Positions 24,175 to 38,267 of a stretch of 64,000 nucleotides of DNA are shown piece after piece. The DNA is from Mobula birostris. Lineage: Eukaryota. A model generated the notes under the pieces. That model had not been told where the DNA came from. It did not search any database and saw only the letters and a program-made list of their open reading frames with translations. The DNA lies in assembly GCF_030028105.1 (NCBI RefSeq), contig NC_092372.1, positions 125,411,492 to 125,475,491 of the forward strand, given 5' to 3'. Numbering within the stretch: the first letter of the stretch is position 1; every line of letters begins with the position of its first letter. Both the position numbers and the translations under genes were made by a program.

Positions 24175-27100
24175 TGTTTATGGTCGAGTGGTCGGTGGCT
24201 AAACCGGCTCCCCCACCAGACTCAGTCTGGTGAGGGGGGTGTGAGGACACCCAGCGGGACTGAAAAACAAGACCTGACAAAGGGCGGATGAGCTCCTTGT
24301 GAGCCAACGGCCATCTTCCGTGGAAGAGATTAAAGCCTCACCACATATCTCCCTCTTATGAATCGTATGCTATGCACTTAGTTAGAAGAGACATGCGTTG
24401 TGCAGATGAACCTAGGCCCCTTGCGAGCAATTCTGCTGTACATAGCCACAAGGAAGAAGATAATGACCTTGGGAATTGTAGGCCTGTTGGGAATGAAGGT
24501 GGCACACCAAATCTGAAAGGACTTGTGGCATTGGCTAATGACAGACTGAAAACTAGGGGAAGTATCTTACGGATAGGGACATGGAATGTTTGAACAATGT
24601 ATCAAGCAGGGAAGCTAGATAATGCAATTCTTGAGATATCTCAAATGAAGCTGGATATTATGGGAGTAAGCGATGTCCATTGGACAGAGGCTGGAACAGT
24701 TGACAGGAATAATTTTGCGATGATATACTCTGGAGGAGAGAGCCATGCCAATGGTGTTGGAATTATTATGAAGAAGAAAATCTACAATGCAATAGATGGG
24801 CTTTGGCCCGTATCTGATAGAGTCATAATGGTAAAATTAAAGGGAAAGACTTTCGATGTTACGATAGTCCAAGTGTATGCACCAACAGGTGAGCATGAGG
24901 ATGAAGAGGTGGAACAGTTTTATGAGGATGTAGAATCTGCTTTAAAAAATGCAAAGAGCTCTGATGTACTTTTCATTATGGGAAATCTGAATGCTAGAGT
25001 AGGCACCGTGAGATACAAGGGTATCATTGGTCAGTATGGCTTTGATGAGAGAAATGAAAGAGGGGAAAGATTTATACAATTTTGTGAACAGTATGAGCTG
25101 ATTGTAGCAAACACATGGTTCAAATTACCCAAACGAGAATTATACACTTGTAAGAAGCCTGGGGATACTGGAAGGAGACAAATTGACCATATTGCAGAGA
25201 GGAAATGCTTCAGGAGAAGCATTAGGATGGCCAAGACCTATCCAGGTGCCGATATAGGTTCGGATCACAACCCGGTGGTTGTTATGGTGAAGATTGCACT
25301 AAAGACTAAGATTAAGGCTGCAACCAAGAAAACCAGGCTGGATGTGGACTTACTGAAGAAGAGCGAGTATAGTGAAAGATTTTATGCAGCAGTACAAAAT
25401 ACGTTTAAAGGACTGAGAGTAGAAGTCATGGACCAGACACCAGATAACATGTGGTCAAACCTGAAGGACTGTATGCAAGTGGCAGCTGAAGAATGTCTCC
25501 CCAAAAGAAGGCGCGTAGCTGAACAAGCCTGGATGACGGATCACGTTCTGAAGCTCATGGAAGAGAGAAGGAAGCACAAGAAGGACACATCTAGGTACAA
25601 GGAATTGGACCAACAAATAAGAGCAGAATGTGCAAAAGCTAAAAAACAATGGTTTATCAAACAGTGTGAAAAGGTAGAGACCATGGACATGTTGCATCAT
25701 TCAAGGGATATGCACAGGGAGATTGCAGAGATGATCAACAGGAACAAGAAACAATCAAGGACTGGCATTATTCAAGACAAAGGCGGGAACATACTCTTTG
25801 AGAATGACAAGGTGGAAAGTAGATGGATGGAATACATTAGGGAATTGTACTACGATGTGAGAAATGATCCAGTGAGTGAGAAGAACACGGAAGGTCCGGA
25901 AATTTTGGTAGTGGAAATAAGAGCAGCCATTGGAAGTTAAAAACTGGTAAAGCTTATGGTGTAGATGGTATTACAGCCGAAATGTTGAAATGTCTTGACG
26001 ACTCGGAGGTTGAGGAGATCATGAGGCTTTGCAATACAATCTACTCAACAGGAAAGTGGCCAACAGATTTTGTGGTGTTGGAGTTTGTCAATCCCAAAGA
26101 AAAGTAAGAGCATGAAATGCTCAGACTTTAGAACTACAAGTCTTATAAGTCATGCCTCCAAGATCTTGTTATTAATACTTCTAAGCAGAATAAAAAGGAC
26201 AGTTCTTAATGAAATTAATGAATGCCAGAGCGAATTTATACTGGGTAAGGGTACCCGTGAAAGGATTTTCAATTAGCGAATGATTGTCGAACGAGGTCTA
26301 GAAAAAAAAAGACATTTACATGTGCTTCCTGGATTACGAAAAAGCTTTTGACCGAGTCAATCATGAACAGCTGGTCAATTGCCTGAACTCATTGGGGCTG
26401 GATGGGAAAGATGTTCGACTGATTCCGAGTCTTTACTGGCATCAGAAGGCAGTAATAAGAACTAGTGGTGGGAATTCACCTGATGTTGAGACCAAAAAGG
26501 GATTCGCCAGGGCTGCATTATCTCCCCTTTATTATTTAACATTTACTCAGAGGTAATCTTCAGGGTGTTGAACGATGAAGCTGGTGTCCAAATTGGTGGA
26601 GTGACGATGAACAACTTGAGGTATGCAGATGATTCAGTGTTGTTAGCCAAGACTGAGGACGAGTTACTCAGAATAGTAGATAAGATAAATGCTGAAGGAG
26701 AACGATTTGGAATGAAAATAAATGCTGCAAAGACGAAGATGATGGTAATATCATGGAAGAAAAAAGTCCCCAAAATCAGTATCAAAATTAATGGCGTTCA
26801 CATAGAGCAAGTCAAGAAGTTTGTTTACTTGGGACAGATGGTCACAGAGGATGGGAAATGTGATACAGAAGTTAGATGAAGAATTGAGATTGCAAGATCA
26901 ATGTTCTGGAGCCTGAGTGATGTGCTATGTGACAAGAGGTTGGACTTTGGGCTGCGTTGTAGAATTTGGAAATGCTACGTCTGGAGCAGTCTGTTGTATG
27001 GAGTCAAATCGTGGACCTTGTGCGAGGAAGCGCAACAACAACAATGTGGTGTTTAAGGAGAATGCAGAAAATTAGATGGGTGACAAAGGCCAGTAATATG

Positions 27101-27395
27101 GAAGTGTTGAAGAGAGCGAGGAGAGAAAAGGAGTTGCTGAAGAATGTGCAGAAAAGGAAGCTGGAATATGCCGGGCACTTGTTAAGAGGTGGTGGACTGC
27201 AGAAATTGTTATTGGAAGGGATGATAGAAGGAAGGAGGGAAAGAAGAAGGCAGTAAACCACTTGGTACGATAATGTGAGGCAATGGACTGGGTTGAGTAA
27301 TGCTGAGGCCAGAAAAAGAGCGCAAGATCGAAGAAGATGGAGGTGCATAGCCACCAACCCCGGATTCGGGACTGCACCCACTGACTGACTGACTG
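24175..27395 (+). mobile_element. Apparently full-length RTE-clade LINE (about 3.2 kb), EN plus RT, with stops and frameshifts
   Basis: LRIGTWNV, VQVYAPT, NTWF, DIGSDHNPVV (APE endonuclease); CFLDYEKAFDRV, NNLRYADD (RT); (ACTG)n tail; ACAC on both sides (24171-24174 and 27396-27399). Confidence 0.92.
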
Positions 27396-28133
27396 ACACA
27401 GTATACGGAATAAGGTAGATGATCTTGTAATGCAGTTAGACATCGGCAGGTATAAAGTTGTGAGCATCTGTTTATAGCTGAGAGGTCATCGTCCAGAGAT
27501 AGGCAATGTATTGTATCGAGAGGACAGACAGGTAGGCAGAGGGGGTGGCATGGCTCCATTGGTAAAAAATGAACCAAATCCTCAGAAAGAGGAGACATAG
27601 GATCAGAAGGTGTAGAATCCTTGTAAGTAGAGTTAAGAAACCGCAAGGATAAAAGATCCCTGATGGGAGTTATATACAGACCTCCAAACAGTAGCCAGGA
27701 TGTGGGATAGAAATTACAATAGGAGATAAAAGAAAAGCATGTAAGGCTGGGCGGTGAGTCCACTAGAAGAATGGGAATTCTAGATTGGATGTTATTAATA
27801 ACCGAATTAGATTAGAAAGCTTAAGGTAAAGGAGCCCTTAGGAGTTAGTGATAATAATATGATAGAATTTTCCCTGCAGTTTGAAAAGGCAAGACTAAAA
27901 TCAAATGTATTGGTATTACGATGGAATAAAAGGAATTAAAGAGGCATAAAAGAAGAGCTGGCCAAAGTTGACTGGAAGGGACGCTAACAGTGATTTCAGC
28001 AGAACAGCAATGCTGGTGTTTCTGGGGGGTAATTTGGAAGGTGTAGGAAAGATACATCCCAAAGATGAAGAAGTACTCCAAGGAGAGGATGAAGGAACTG
28101 AAGCTGACAAGAGAAGTCAAAGACAGCATAAAA

Positions 28134-28220
28134 CAGGGGTTCCCAAACTTTTTAATGTCATGAATCCTTACCATTAACCGGGGGGGGGGGGGTCTGTAGA
28201 CTCCAGGTTTGGTACCTCTG
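28134..28220 (+). mobile_element. hAT MITE (87 bp)
   Basis: Ends CAGGGGTTCCCAAAC and GTTTGGTACCTCTG; perfect 8-bp TSD GCATAAAA. Relatives at about 32784-32862 and at 51666-51723 (TSD GTCTAGAT/ATCTAGAT). Confidence 0.85.
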
Positions 28221-30453
28221 GCATAAAAGCAAAAGAGAGGACATAAAATATTGCAAAAAATAATGAAAGGGAGGGGACTGGTGAGCTTTTAAAAGCCAAC
28301 AGAAGACAACTAAAGACAATAAAGAGAGAAGGGATGAAATATGAAGGTAGGCTAGCCAATTATATAAAAGAGAATACAAAAAATATATTCAGATGTATAA
28401 GCAGTAAAAGAGGAGAGAGTGGATATCGGATCACTGAAATATGATACTGGAGAGATAGTAATGGGGGGACAAAGAAATGGAGCTTAATAGCGATTTTGCA
28501 TCAGTCTTCACTGTGGAAGACACTAGCAGGATGCCAGAATTGCAAGAGTGTCAGGGGGCAGAAGTGAGCGTCATTGCTATTACTAAGGAGAAGGTACTTG
28601 AGAAGCTGAAAAGTCTGAAGGTAGATACATCACTTGGATACATCCCAGAGTTCTGAAAGAAGTATCTGAAGAGATTCTGGAATGGTTCGCGAGGACTGGA
28701 AAACTGCAAATGTCACTCCACTCTTTAAAAAGGGAGGGAGGCAGAAAAAATGAAATTATAGGCCAGTTAGTTTGACTTAAGTGGTTGGGAAGATGTTGGA
28801 GTCAATGGTTAAGGATGAGGCTTTGGGGTACTTGGAGGCACATGACAGATCAGGCCAAAGTAAGCATGGTTTTCTAAAGGGGAAATCTTAGCTGACAAAT
28901 CTGCTGGAATTCTTTGAGGAAATAACAAGCAGGATAGACAATAGAGAGTCTGTGGATGTTGTTTATTTGGATTTTGGAAGATGCCAAGTGTGAGGCTGCT
29001 TAACAAAGTAAGAGCCCATGGCATTACAGGAAAGATACCTGGATGGACAGAAGATTGGTTGATTGGCAGGAGGCAAAGAGTGGGAATAAAGGGGGCCTTT
29101 TCTGGTTGGCTGCCAATGACTCGTAGTGTGCAGCAGGGGTCAGTTTCGGGACCGCTTCTTTTCATGTTCTATGTCACTGACTTGGATGAAGGAATTGTTG
29201 GCTTTATGGCCAAATTTGCAGAAGATACATAGATTGATAGAAGGGCAGGTAGTGTTGAGGAAGCAGGGTGTCTGCAGAAGAACTTAGACAGAGTGGGAGA
29301 ACGGGCAAAGAAGTGGCAGGTGGAGCATGATGTAGGGGAGTGCATGGTCATACACTTGGGTAGAAGGAATAATGGTGTGGACTATTTTGTAACTACAGAG
29401 AAATTTTAAAAATCAGAGGTGCAGAGGGATTTTGTAGTCCTCATGCGGAATCCCCTAAAGGTTAATTTGCAAGTTCATTCATTACAAAAGGAGTAGAATG
29501 TTAGCATTCATTACAAGAGGAGTAGAATACTAAAGCAAAAATGTAATGCTAAAGCTTTATAAGGCACTGGTGAGGCCTCATTTGGAGTATTGTGAATAGT
29601 TTTGGGCCCCTTATCAAAGAAAGGATGTGCTGGCATTGGAAAGGATCCAGAGGATGTTCATGAGGATGATCCTGGGAATGAAAGGGTTAACATATGAAGA
29701 GTGTTTGACAACTCAGGGCCTGTACATGCTGGAGTTTATCTATCAACTATTGAAAGGACTGTATAGAATGGATGTGCAGAGGATTTTTCCGATAGTGGGG
29801 GAGTTTTGGGCCTAAGGGCACAGTCTCAGAATGGAGGAACATCCATTCAGAACAGAGATGAGGGAAAATGTCTTCAGAGGCTGGTAAACCTGCAGAATTC
29901 TTTGCCACAGACAGCTGTGCAGGCCAAGTCATTGAGTATATTTAAAGCAGTGGTTGATAGTTTCTTGAATAGTCAGGATGTCAGGAGTTACAGGGAGAAA
30001 GCAGGGGAATGGGGTTGAGAGCGATAATAATGAAATGACAGAGCAGACTCGATGGTCTGAATGGCCTAATTCTGCTCCTAGGTCTTATTATTGTTTTGGA
30101 CTATTGGAAGAATCGTGATGCCCAGCTAAAGAAGGGATTGAACCTGAGGTGGACCTGGCCTGTTTGGTACAGTCTCGACTACCTGAAGTCTCGACTGGAA
30201 GGGAAGTATTAAGTATTATACTACATGCCCCGATGGTATGGTTAGCATTGAACCCACACAATTACTGGGACACAACTGTCATTCCACCTTCCCTATCCTG
30301 ACAGCCACCTCTCTGTGAATGCAGATCTTGATGGTGAAATCTGTCACTGTTTTTTAGGTGTCAATTGAGTGCAAAGTTATTTAAAGGTCAAGGTTATGGA
30401 CATTGCTTCATCTCATGCTCCATGAAGCAGCAACGATCCTGCGGTTCTATGTG

Positions 30454-31572
30454 TGTTACAATGGGGCGTTGGGGGCGGACCCAAGTGCAGGACACAGACA
30501 CGGAGGTAACATTAACAGAAGTGTGTTGTTTAATAGTTGCCAGGAAAGCCGGGGAGTGAGGATAGGATGCCTACGCGGACGAGGATGCGGGACAACAAAC
30601 AAGAGGAGCTCGGACATGGAGCCTGGACTTGGACTTGGACTCGGATACAGAGCCTGAACTCGGACTAGGACTTGGACCCAGAGCCTGGACTTGGACTTGG
30701 ACTTGTACCCGGAGCCTGGACTTGGTCTCGGACTTGGACCCGGAGCCTGGACTTGGACATGGACTTGGACACGGAGCCTGGACTTGAACTTGGACTCGGA
30801 TACAGAGAGACAGAATACCCAACTCAGAGTAGCAGCAAACGGCCGGACCTATTCAGCTGGAAACGAGATGACTAAACCAAACAAACAACAGATAATTTGA
30901 ATCTTGACACAGAGTAGCTCCAGAAGCGCAAGTGGCTGGCAATCACTCAGCTTGACACGAAGGGACAGAATTCCCAACCCGGAGCAGTGGCGAATGGCCG
31001 GACCCACTCAGCTGGAAACGAGACGACTAAACCAAAGAACGACTGACAATACGAACCTTGACAGGGAGTAGCTCATGAAGCGGCAAACGGCCGGCAATCC
31101 CTTAGCTGGACACGAAGGGACAGAATTCCCAACTCACAGTAGCGGCAACTGGCTGGACCTACTCAGCTTGAAATGAGACAACAAAAACCAAACAATGACA
31201 GTCCATTTGTATCTTGGCTCGGAGTGGCGGCAATCGGCAAGCAAATCTCAGCTGTACATGAAAACAACAGAATTCACATCTTGACTCGGAGTAGCGGCAA
31301 AGCGGCCGGCAACTCAACTGGACACAGAAACGACAAATTCACTAAGCAGCCACAGGCACCGAGGCAACTAGAGTCCACAATTCTCAGTGGGTCCAGGAGG
31401 AGCATAGCTGCATTGGCTACGGTGACAGACCAGCAGCGAGTAGATGTAGGCTGGAGTCTTTACGCTGCCGGTTTGAATGAGGATCAGGTGCCCTACCTAA
31501 TCAAGGAGCCCAGTGGAACACAGGTAAAAGGAAAAGAACTGAAATGAGGAGTCAATGGACCAGACCATGACA
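30454..31572. mobile_element. Solo LTR (1119 bp) with internal tandem arrays
   Basis: TGTTACA...CATGACA termini; perfect 5-bp TSD ATGTG (30449-30453 and 31573-31577); GGACTT-based array at about 30610-30805; about 155-bp period repeats at about 30810-31330. Confidence 0.85.
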
Positions 31573-34500
31573 ATGTGCTTCTTAGGCCTCCAAGTCTCTG
31601 GAAGGTTACCTCCAATTGTGTCTCTATAAAATCCTCCAAATTCACCGGAAGGATAAATGAACCAATGTCAGGATCCTTTCCCAGACCAACATCTCCAGGC
31701 CAGCCTCTTTCAGTATTTCCACTTCCCTCCCCCATCTGCCTGTCACCTCTCTTCACCTGGATCCACCAGCTTGGCAGCTGCTGCACCACCTCTTTCCCTC
31801 AGCTCTTTACAAAGGCTATCTCTCTTCTGCCTTTCAATCCTGATGAAGAATATCCCCTGAACCTTCAGCTGACCCTTCCTCTCCACAGATGCTGCAGGAA
31901 CCATTGAGTTCCTCCTGTTGCTTCCTTTAGCTCCAAACTCTTTTTGCACTAGATTTCCAAAGCCGACATTTCATATTGACAGGTTTCAATAGGTACATTT
32001 AATGTCAGAGAAATGCATAAAATATACATCCTGAAATTCTTTTTCTTCGTAAACATCCACAAAAACAGAGCCCCAAAGAATGAATGACAGTTAAAATGTT
32101 AGAACCCCAAAACTCTCCTCCCCAGATTCCCTGTCCCACGCACAACCAGTAGCAAGGCAATGACCACCCCCACCCTCACCAGCAAAAAAGCACCACCACC
32201 CTCCACCGAGCACTCAATTATGCGGCAAAGCATCAATAAAGACACAGACTTGCAGTACTCCAAAAACTACTCAATCTCTGGTCATTCGACATACCATAGG
32301 CTCTCTCTCTCTCTCCCTAATAAGAGAAAAAGAGGCGTCCCTGTTTCACAGTGAGAGGGGAGACATAACAGACAACTCGCTGATCAAACTTTGCTTTGGA
32401 AGAAATTACCAGGGAGACAGGAAAAGATGGAAGGATATATTTTAAAAATCTTCACTGACTTCTGGGAATCCCTGGACCAAAACCATGCGAAGTGGAAGAG
32501 CAGCGTTCAGGATGGTGTTGAGAACTGGGAGCAAACAGAAGTCCTCTGTTAGTTGGCTGAAGGAGTGCGTCAGTCTCACAAACCACCCACCTGTCCTCTC
32601 AGGTTCCTGTTGTCCCATCTGTGGAGAGTTTCCAGTTTCCACATTGACCTCATATCAGCCTCCTCAGAACCCACAGAACCGGAGTGGAAGCAAGTCACCC
32701 TCAGCTCTGAGTATCTCCCGAGATGATAGTGCGGCCATGCTCTCTTTCACCTATCCAGACTTTGCGTTGCATTTCAACCATTAAAGTTTCCCAACCTAGG
32801 GTCCACCGGCTCCTTGGTTAATGGTGATATCCCATGGCATAGAAAAGGTTGGGAACCCATTGCTTCTTCTCCATCTCAGCTGCAATAAAATGATCTGTGC
32901 CCTTGTGAAAACTTCTATGGCAAACTACAAAGATCATCCTTGATAAACTACAAAAATGGCTGACTTTCAACAAAATGCACAACTGTTAACACCCCACAGT
33001 TCCCTTGTCAACTTAATGGCATTGAGGAAAGTGTATAAAAAGTGAATCCTGTTACAGAGGAAGTTTTATTTAAGGACAGTTGATAATATTTACATGTAAA
33101 GTTTGAGGTGATCTGTGGGTCAACTGGAAACTGGCTGAGGTGAAGAGCATGTTAGAATACCGGTGGCAGTGAGCTGATGCGGCATCGATGTCACCACCTC
33201 ACGGGCTGCTGACATTTTTGTTAAGTGGTTTATCCTTGGGCTTCAACAGAGTGTGCCCAGCCTAATAAACTGTGTAGTGAACCATCAGTAACCAGCGACC
33301 TAGTGCACATATGTGAAATTCCTCCGAACGTTAGTCACTGTCCCTGAAATCTCTGCTGCCACAGACAAGGTTCCTCTCAGGGAGTCTGATTTTCATGTTG
33401 GAACCCGATGAACTTCCTTGCTTGTTGAAGGGCCTCTAAAAAAGGATTTCTTCTGCAAATTTGCCCTTCTAACTCTTTGTGGACTTCAATGGAATGGATA
33501 GCCGTGGAAGGTCTCTGGCGGATCGCCATTTATTTTCTGATCCATAGGGTTATTCCAGCAGTCAAAAATAGCCAGTGGTCTTAATTCCAAGATTACAATT
33601 TATTTTAGAGTACAAACAAACAAACAAACACTAAACACAGTAAACAAAGAGCTGAGAAATGATGCTAAGAGGTGTATAGGCAAAAGAATAAAGATGGCGC
33701 TTCTGAAAAATCTTTCACATCTATAAGTAAGATAAAAGTAAATTCCTTAGATAGGAATGAACAAATTAATAGGCTACATAATTAAATCAATTACATCACG
33801 TGGGCATTGTGCTAATACATAGCCAATGAAAAATGAGAAAGATGATAAACCGCTAGTTTAGTTGCTATACCGCTTTCTGCCAGTGAGTGTGAAAAATACA
33901 TGAGTTTGTGAAAAGTACAAACCTTATGAAAGGTATGATTAAAAAAAAGACAGTGGTTTCCAACATCTTCAAGCTTGGAGACTCAAAACTTTAATCCAAG
34001 CAGTGGCGCAAACCTCTCTAGCTTTCTCCCCATCTCTGCTCACAGGGCAGAAGATGACAAGATAATCCTCCACAAATGCCTGGGATAAGCAACATCAAAG
34101 TGTTATTTAACGATGAGGTGAGAGGGATATAAGCACCAAGGTAAAGGTTTACTTTATTCTAAATAAAGCAATGTATAGATTTTCACAGTGTACAACCAGG
34201 CCATTCCAGCCCACCATTCTATCCTCATTTTTATGCTCCAAACAAGTCTCTTCCCACTCTTCTTGAACCTAACATATTCTGTTCTCTCTTATGTATGTAC
34301 ATTGCCAATATTTGCCTCAATTACTCAGTGTGGTGGAGACTTCCATAATCAGAATCAGAATCAGGTTTATTATCATTGTCTTACAGTTTCATCCATTATG
34401 TGCCATTTTCTAGGACATCAGTGATCATGATCTTTCCACGACCATGATTGTTCTTGGTAAAGTTTTCTACAGAAGTGGTTTGCCATTGCTGCCTTCTGGG

Positions 34501-37500
34501 CAGTGTCTTTACAAGATGGGTGACCCCAGCCATTATCAATACTCTTCAGAGACTGTCTGCCTGGTATCAGTGGTCACATAACCAGGACTTGTGACCTGCA
34601 CCAGCTGCTCATACGACCATCCACTACCAGCTTCCATGGCTTCATGTGACCCTGATCAGGGGGCTAAGCAGGTGCTACACCTCACCCAAGAATGACCTGC
34701 AGGCTAGCGGAGGGAAGGAGCACTTTACACCTCCTTTGGTAGAAACATATCCCCACTCCACCTCTCATGTCTGACAAGTATATCATTTGATGTTTGCTGT
34801 TATATGGCAGCATTGCAGTGGAAAGCATGCAATTTCTATACATTAATAGGGCAAAAGAAGAAATTATTTATTGAGATACAGTGCAGAATAGGCCCTTCTG
34901 GCCCTTTGAGTCACACCATCCAGCAATCCCCTGACTTAACCCTGGCATAACCATGCAACAATTTGCAATGACCAATTAACCTACCAACAGGTACATCTTT
35001 GGACTGTGGGAGGAAACCGGGGCACCCGGAGGAAACCCACGCAGTTACAGGGTGAATGTACACAATCCGTACAGGCAGCAGTGGGAGTTGAATCCAGGTT
35101 GCCTGTACTGTAAAGCGTTGTGCTAACCACTACGCTACAATCAGGTATTATTGTTCATGGGTTTATAGACTGTCAGACATCTCCTGATTATTTTTTGGTT
35201 TGGGTAGATGCTCTCCAAGAAACGCTGTTGCATAACGCAATATTTATTAGTGATATGCAAAAAGGGTCATTGGGAAAATAATCTGCCTGCTTGAACTTTG
35301 AACCACCATTCTCCTCTGGCAAATGGTGAGGACTCCATCTTTACTGTGAAGCTAAACTTCCTTCAGGATCCTGACTGTGGCTTCTTGGCTACTGAAACAG
35401 GCAAAGAAACGGGGTGTATTTAAGTTCAAAGCTATGTCTCAGCGAAGCTTTCTGACCGGCCCAACTCTGAATTTTGTGACAACAACCCTCCCGCACTGAG
35501 TCTTCAACTTTATTCTCGCACTTAATCACGACCATGAACATCTGATTGAAACCTCCAAACCCACTCTACCCTTTTGCCACACTTTCATAAGCAAGCACTT
35601 TACAAAGGAGGTTAACAGATCACAGGTCAGTTTTCTTCCTTTCTGACTCCAGAGTCTTTCACGATCTTTGAGCTAATTTGATTCTTCATCAGCTAGAGTC
35701 AGTGTTAAAAATGAGACCATGTGTTAGCAAAGGTTCAGTGGTCTTTGCACGGGGCTGGTCAAATCTTTGCCCTAGATGGAATGCTTGGTTCAACTTGCCA
35801 AAGTGAACTCACATTTCAGCGATTAAGCAGATCAAACATGATCCTTGATTGAGTTTCACTGGCAATGAAGTTTACTGCCCAAGTCTGTCTCTGCTCTGCC
35901 AGCTGTGGAACAGGGGTTTCTAAAATTGGAATTGGGTCATTAGCTTAAAATAGGAAAGGAAATACTGGGGGAACTCAGTAGGTCAGACAGCATCATTTCA
36001 GCTGAAACACTTAGCAGGCCTTTTGCACGGATTTCTCAAGATTTCTAGCATCTGCAGAATCTTTTGTGTCTATGATATTTTGTCAGATGGTAAAGAAGGA
36101 AGTTCAGCGATGGAGCAGGTCGCCATTATCAAAGATAATGGGCAGTCTGCTGATATCTCCTTTACATTAAAAACTCAGTGAACCAATGAAACAGCTTTTA
36201 CTTCCTGCCCCATATTAATCTGATCTGGATGTGGCAGCTTGTTGTACTGTGAACTAAGCCACCAGAGAGACACTGAAGCTAACGGATACAGAAGTGTTTT
36301 ATTCAACAGAAACAAGCAGCAGGCATCATACTGAGACCTTCTTGGGAGGAAGAGGCTTCCCAGCACAATATTACATGACATTCTTTTTATATACTAAAGG
36401 TAACAGCAGGACAATTCTATAGTTACAATGTATCTACAATGCTTCCTTTAAATTACATACAGTTTTCACACACCTCCTTCTTTGCACTCACACTCCAGAC
36501 ACCCAAATGAATGTTAATCAGCATTGTTTGGTTTGCCATCAACTGGTGTCCACAGCTCCAGGAAACTATTGCTCCAGGCTGTATTTTAAATTCAATCTAC
36601 AATCCATGTTCATGTCTGAAGATTGGTTGACGGTGAAATTAATACTTGCTATATACCCTAGCTCCAGAATATGCCCGAACACAGCCCAGCACACTAGGGG
36701 TTCCACACCTTGAAGACCATCAACAAGGTCTGGGTGGAGATTGGACCTGCTGGTATAATGAGGAGGAGCCTATCACCGAAAAGCAACTGAGAAATTTAAT
36801 CTTCCACTCGGACACCTCTCCAGGTGCCTGACCATGATGATAATTCTCACCTGGTCCAGATGCCGTCTTATTCCATGAAGACTGCGCCTAGTGGACTGGA
36901 GAGGAACTGCATCCAGGACTGTTCTGAACTGAAAAGGCTGGCTGCACTCCAAACAGTCAATAAAACTCCGTCGTATCAGCTGCAAACACAGACAACCACT
37001 CCCCCCACTGCACAGCTCATTAGCTATCAAAGCTGTCACAGTATATTGAATGCTTGCAATATCTGACACATTTGCAAACTTTCAAAGGTGTCTGGGAAAG
37101 TATTAAACTACCAAACAAATGTTTAATTAACTGTATAAAATTAGATAAATCAGAAAAAAAGGTCTAGTCATTCTTCAGGCAGGACCCATTCTACCAACTT
37201 ACTCCAATGAAACCAGCATTTTCCGCGTAGGATAACCTGGGAGAGGATTGCTGAGGAAGTCTGTGGAACTTCAAGTGTCCCAGGAGCAGCAGCACTTGAC
37301 TGGAATCCTGAATTTCTGCTCAGTTATCAGATTATTATCTGGATCTGCCATAGGTACTATATTATCAATGTATCAGTCTGATGTTAAAGCTTTACTAAAG
37401 TGTATGTGCACAGAGCAACATGATGAGAATAACAAATCGGACAAAATATTTGCTCACACAGCTTCTAAAAACAGTGCCGTGTGGTTGAAATTTGAGTTAA

Positions 37501-38267
37501 CCCAGGCGAGAGCAGTTAGTACACATTGAGAAATTAATTTCGACACATTTTGGTAGCATTATTCTTTTATTAGTATTATCTTCCAGGTATCAAGATATCC
37601 TCAGCGATGCCAGTTGAAGTGTGGTAGTTGCCCATCATGTCCGATGATGACAGAAGCCTGTGCTGCACAGTTTTTAAAGTGGAAAAGCAGTTGAACTGGA
37701 GCATTCCGCTCTCCTCACTTCAGAAGTCCGGGTCCAGTAGTCCGAACAAACATCACAAACTAGGATCTTCCTTGGTTGCAGTGGATGACCATGACGTCTT
37801 CTGTTCCTTATTATGCGCTTCACTCTCCAGGGAGCATTGCAGAGCCACCTTCCCTCATTGGAGCTCACTGTAGATCCAATCCACCCAGTCTGCCAGAGCT
37901 GGCTTTGCACCGGAGTATGACACTGCCAGCTACCCCCACCTGGTCTATCCCACCTGTCGAAGCAGTGTGCTGGGGTGTGGCCGCTGTCGCACGCAAACAG
38001 CTACTCGGAGTCACGGGTGAGGGTTGGTGTCCGGTAGGGACCAAAGGTGAGTGAGCTGCCCCAGAAGGGACATGACGAGCCCCTTCACCAGAGGTTTACC
38101 CTTCCCTGGACGCCCCATACACCCCACAGTTGTAGTACCATACGGAAAGTTCACCTGTAGTGAGATTTTCAATCTTGCTTGTCTGAAATATGGTTCTTAG
38201 TCACAGAATAACCAATTACATATCTCCAGTTGTTTAATGATCAACTCTCAGACCACAAATTTTATAG

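Larger units (their letters stand above)
22740..30090 (+). mobile_element. Decayed near-full-length CR1, interrupted by the RTE (24175-27395) and a MITE
   Basis: ORF1 esterase remnants at 23300-24000 (DSIVRG, CCLPGARV, WCRRQGFRFMDHW); ORF2 start L-N-A-H-S-I-R-N-K is split exactly at the RTE; RT remnants at 28600-29800; CR1 3' end at about 30060-30090. Confidence 0.8.

Noticed and set aside
24181-24320. Canonical HDV-like fold at the RTE 5' end
   Set aside because: I could not place P1, P3 and P1.1 in the required order; kept only as an unassigned ribozyme candidate.
30571-30900. Pro/Ser/Gly-rich ORFs and a possible CRISPR-like array
   Set aside because: Translations of a 6-nt-based tandem repeat inside a solo LTR; no unique spacers and no cas genes.
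31840-31880. Additional hammerhead (CTGATGA...GAAC)
   Set aside because: GAAA core and stems are too decayed to count; the same applies near 49600.
32442-33560. Possible coding exons in unique sequence (also 22279-22539, 35813-35900, 36500-37070)
   Set aside because: No recognisable homology, in-frame stops, and no consistent splice phase. Expected neighbours such as TSPO2, UNC5CL and OARD1 were not recognised.
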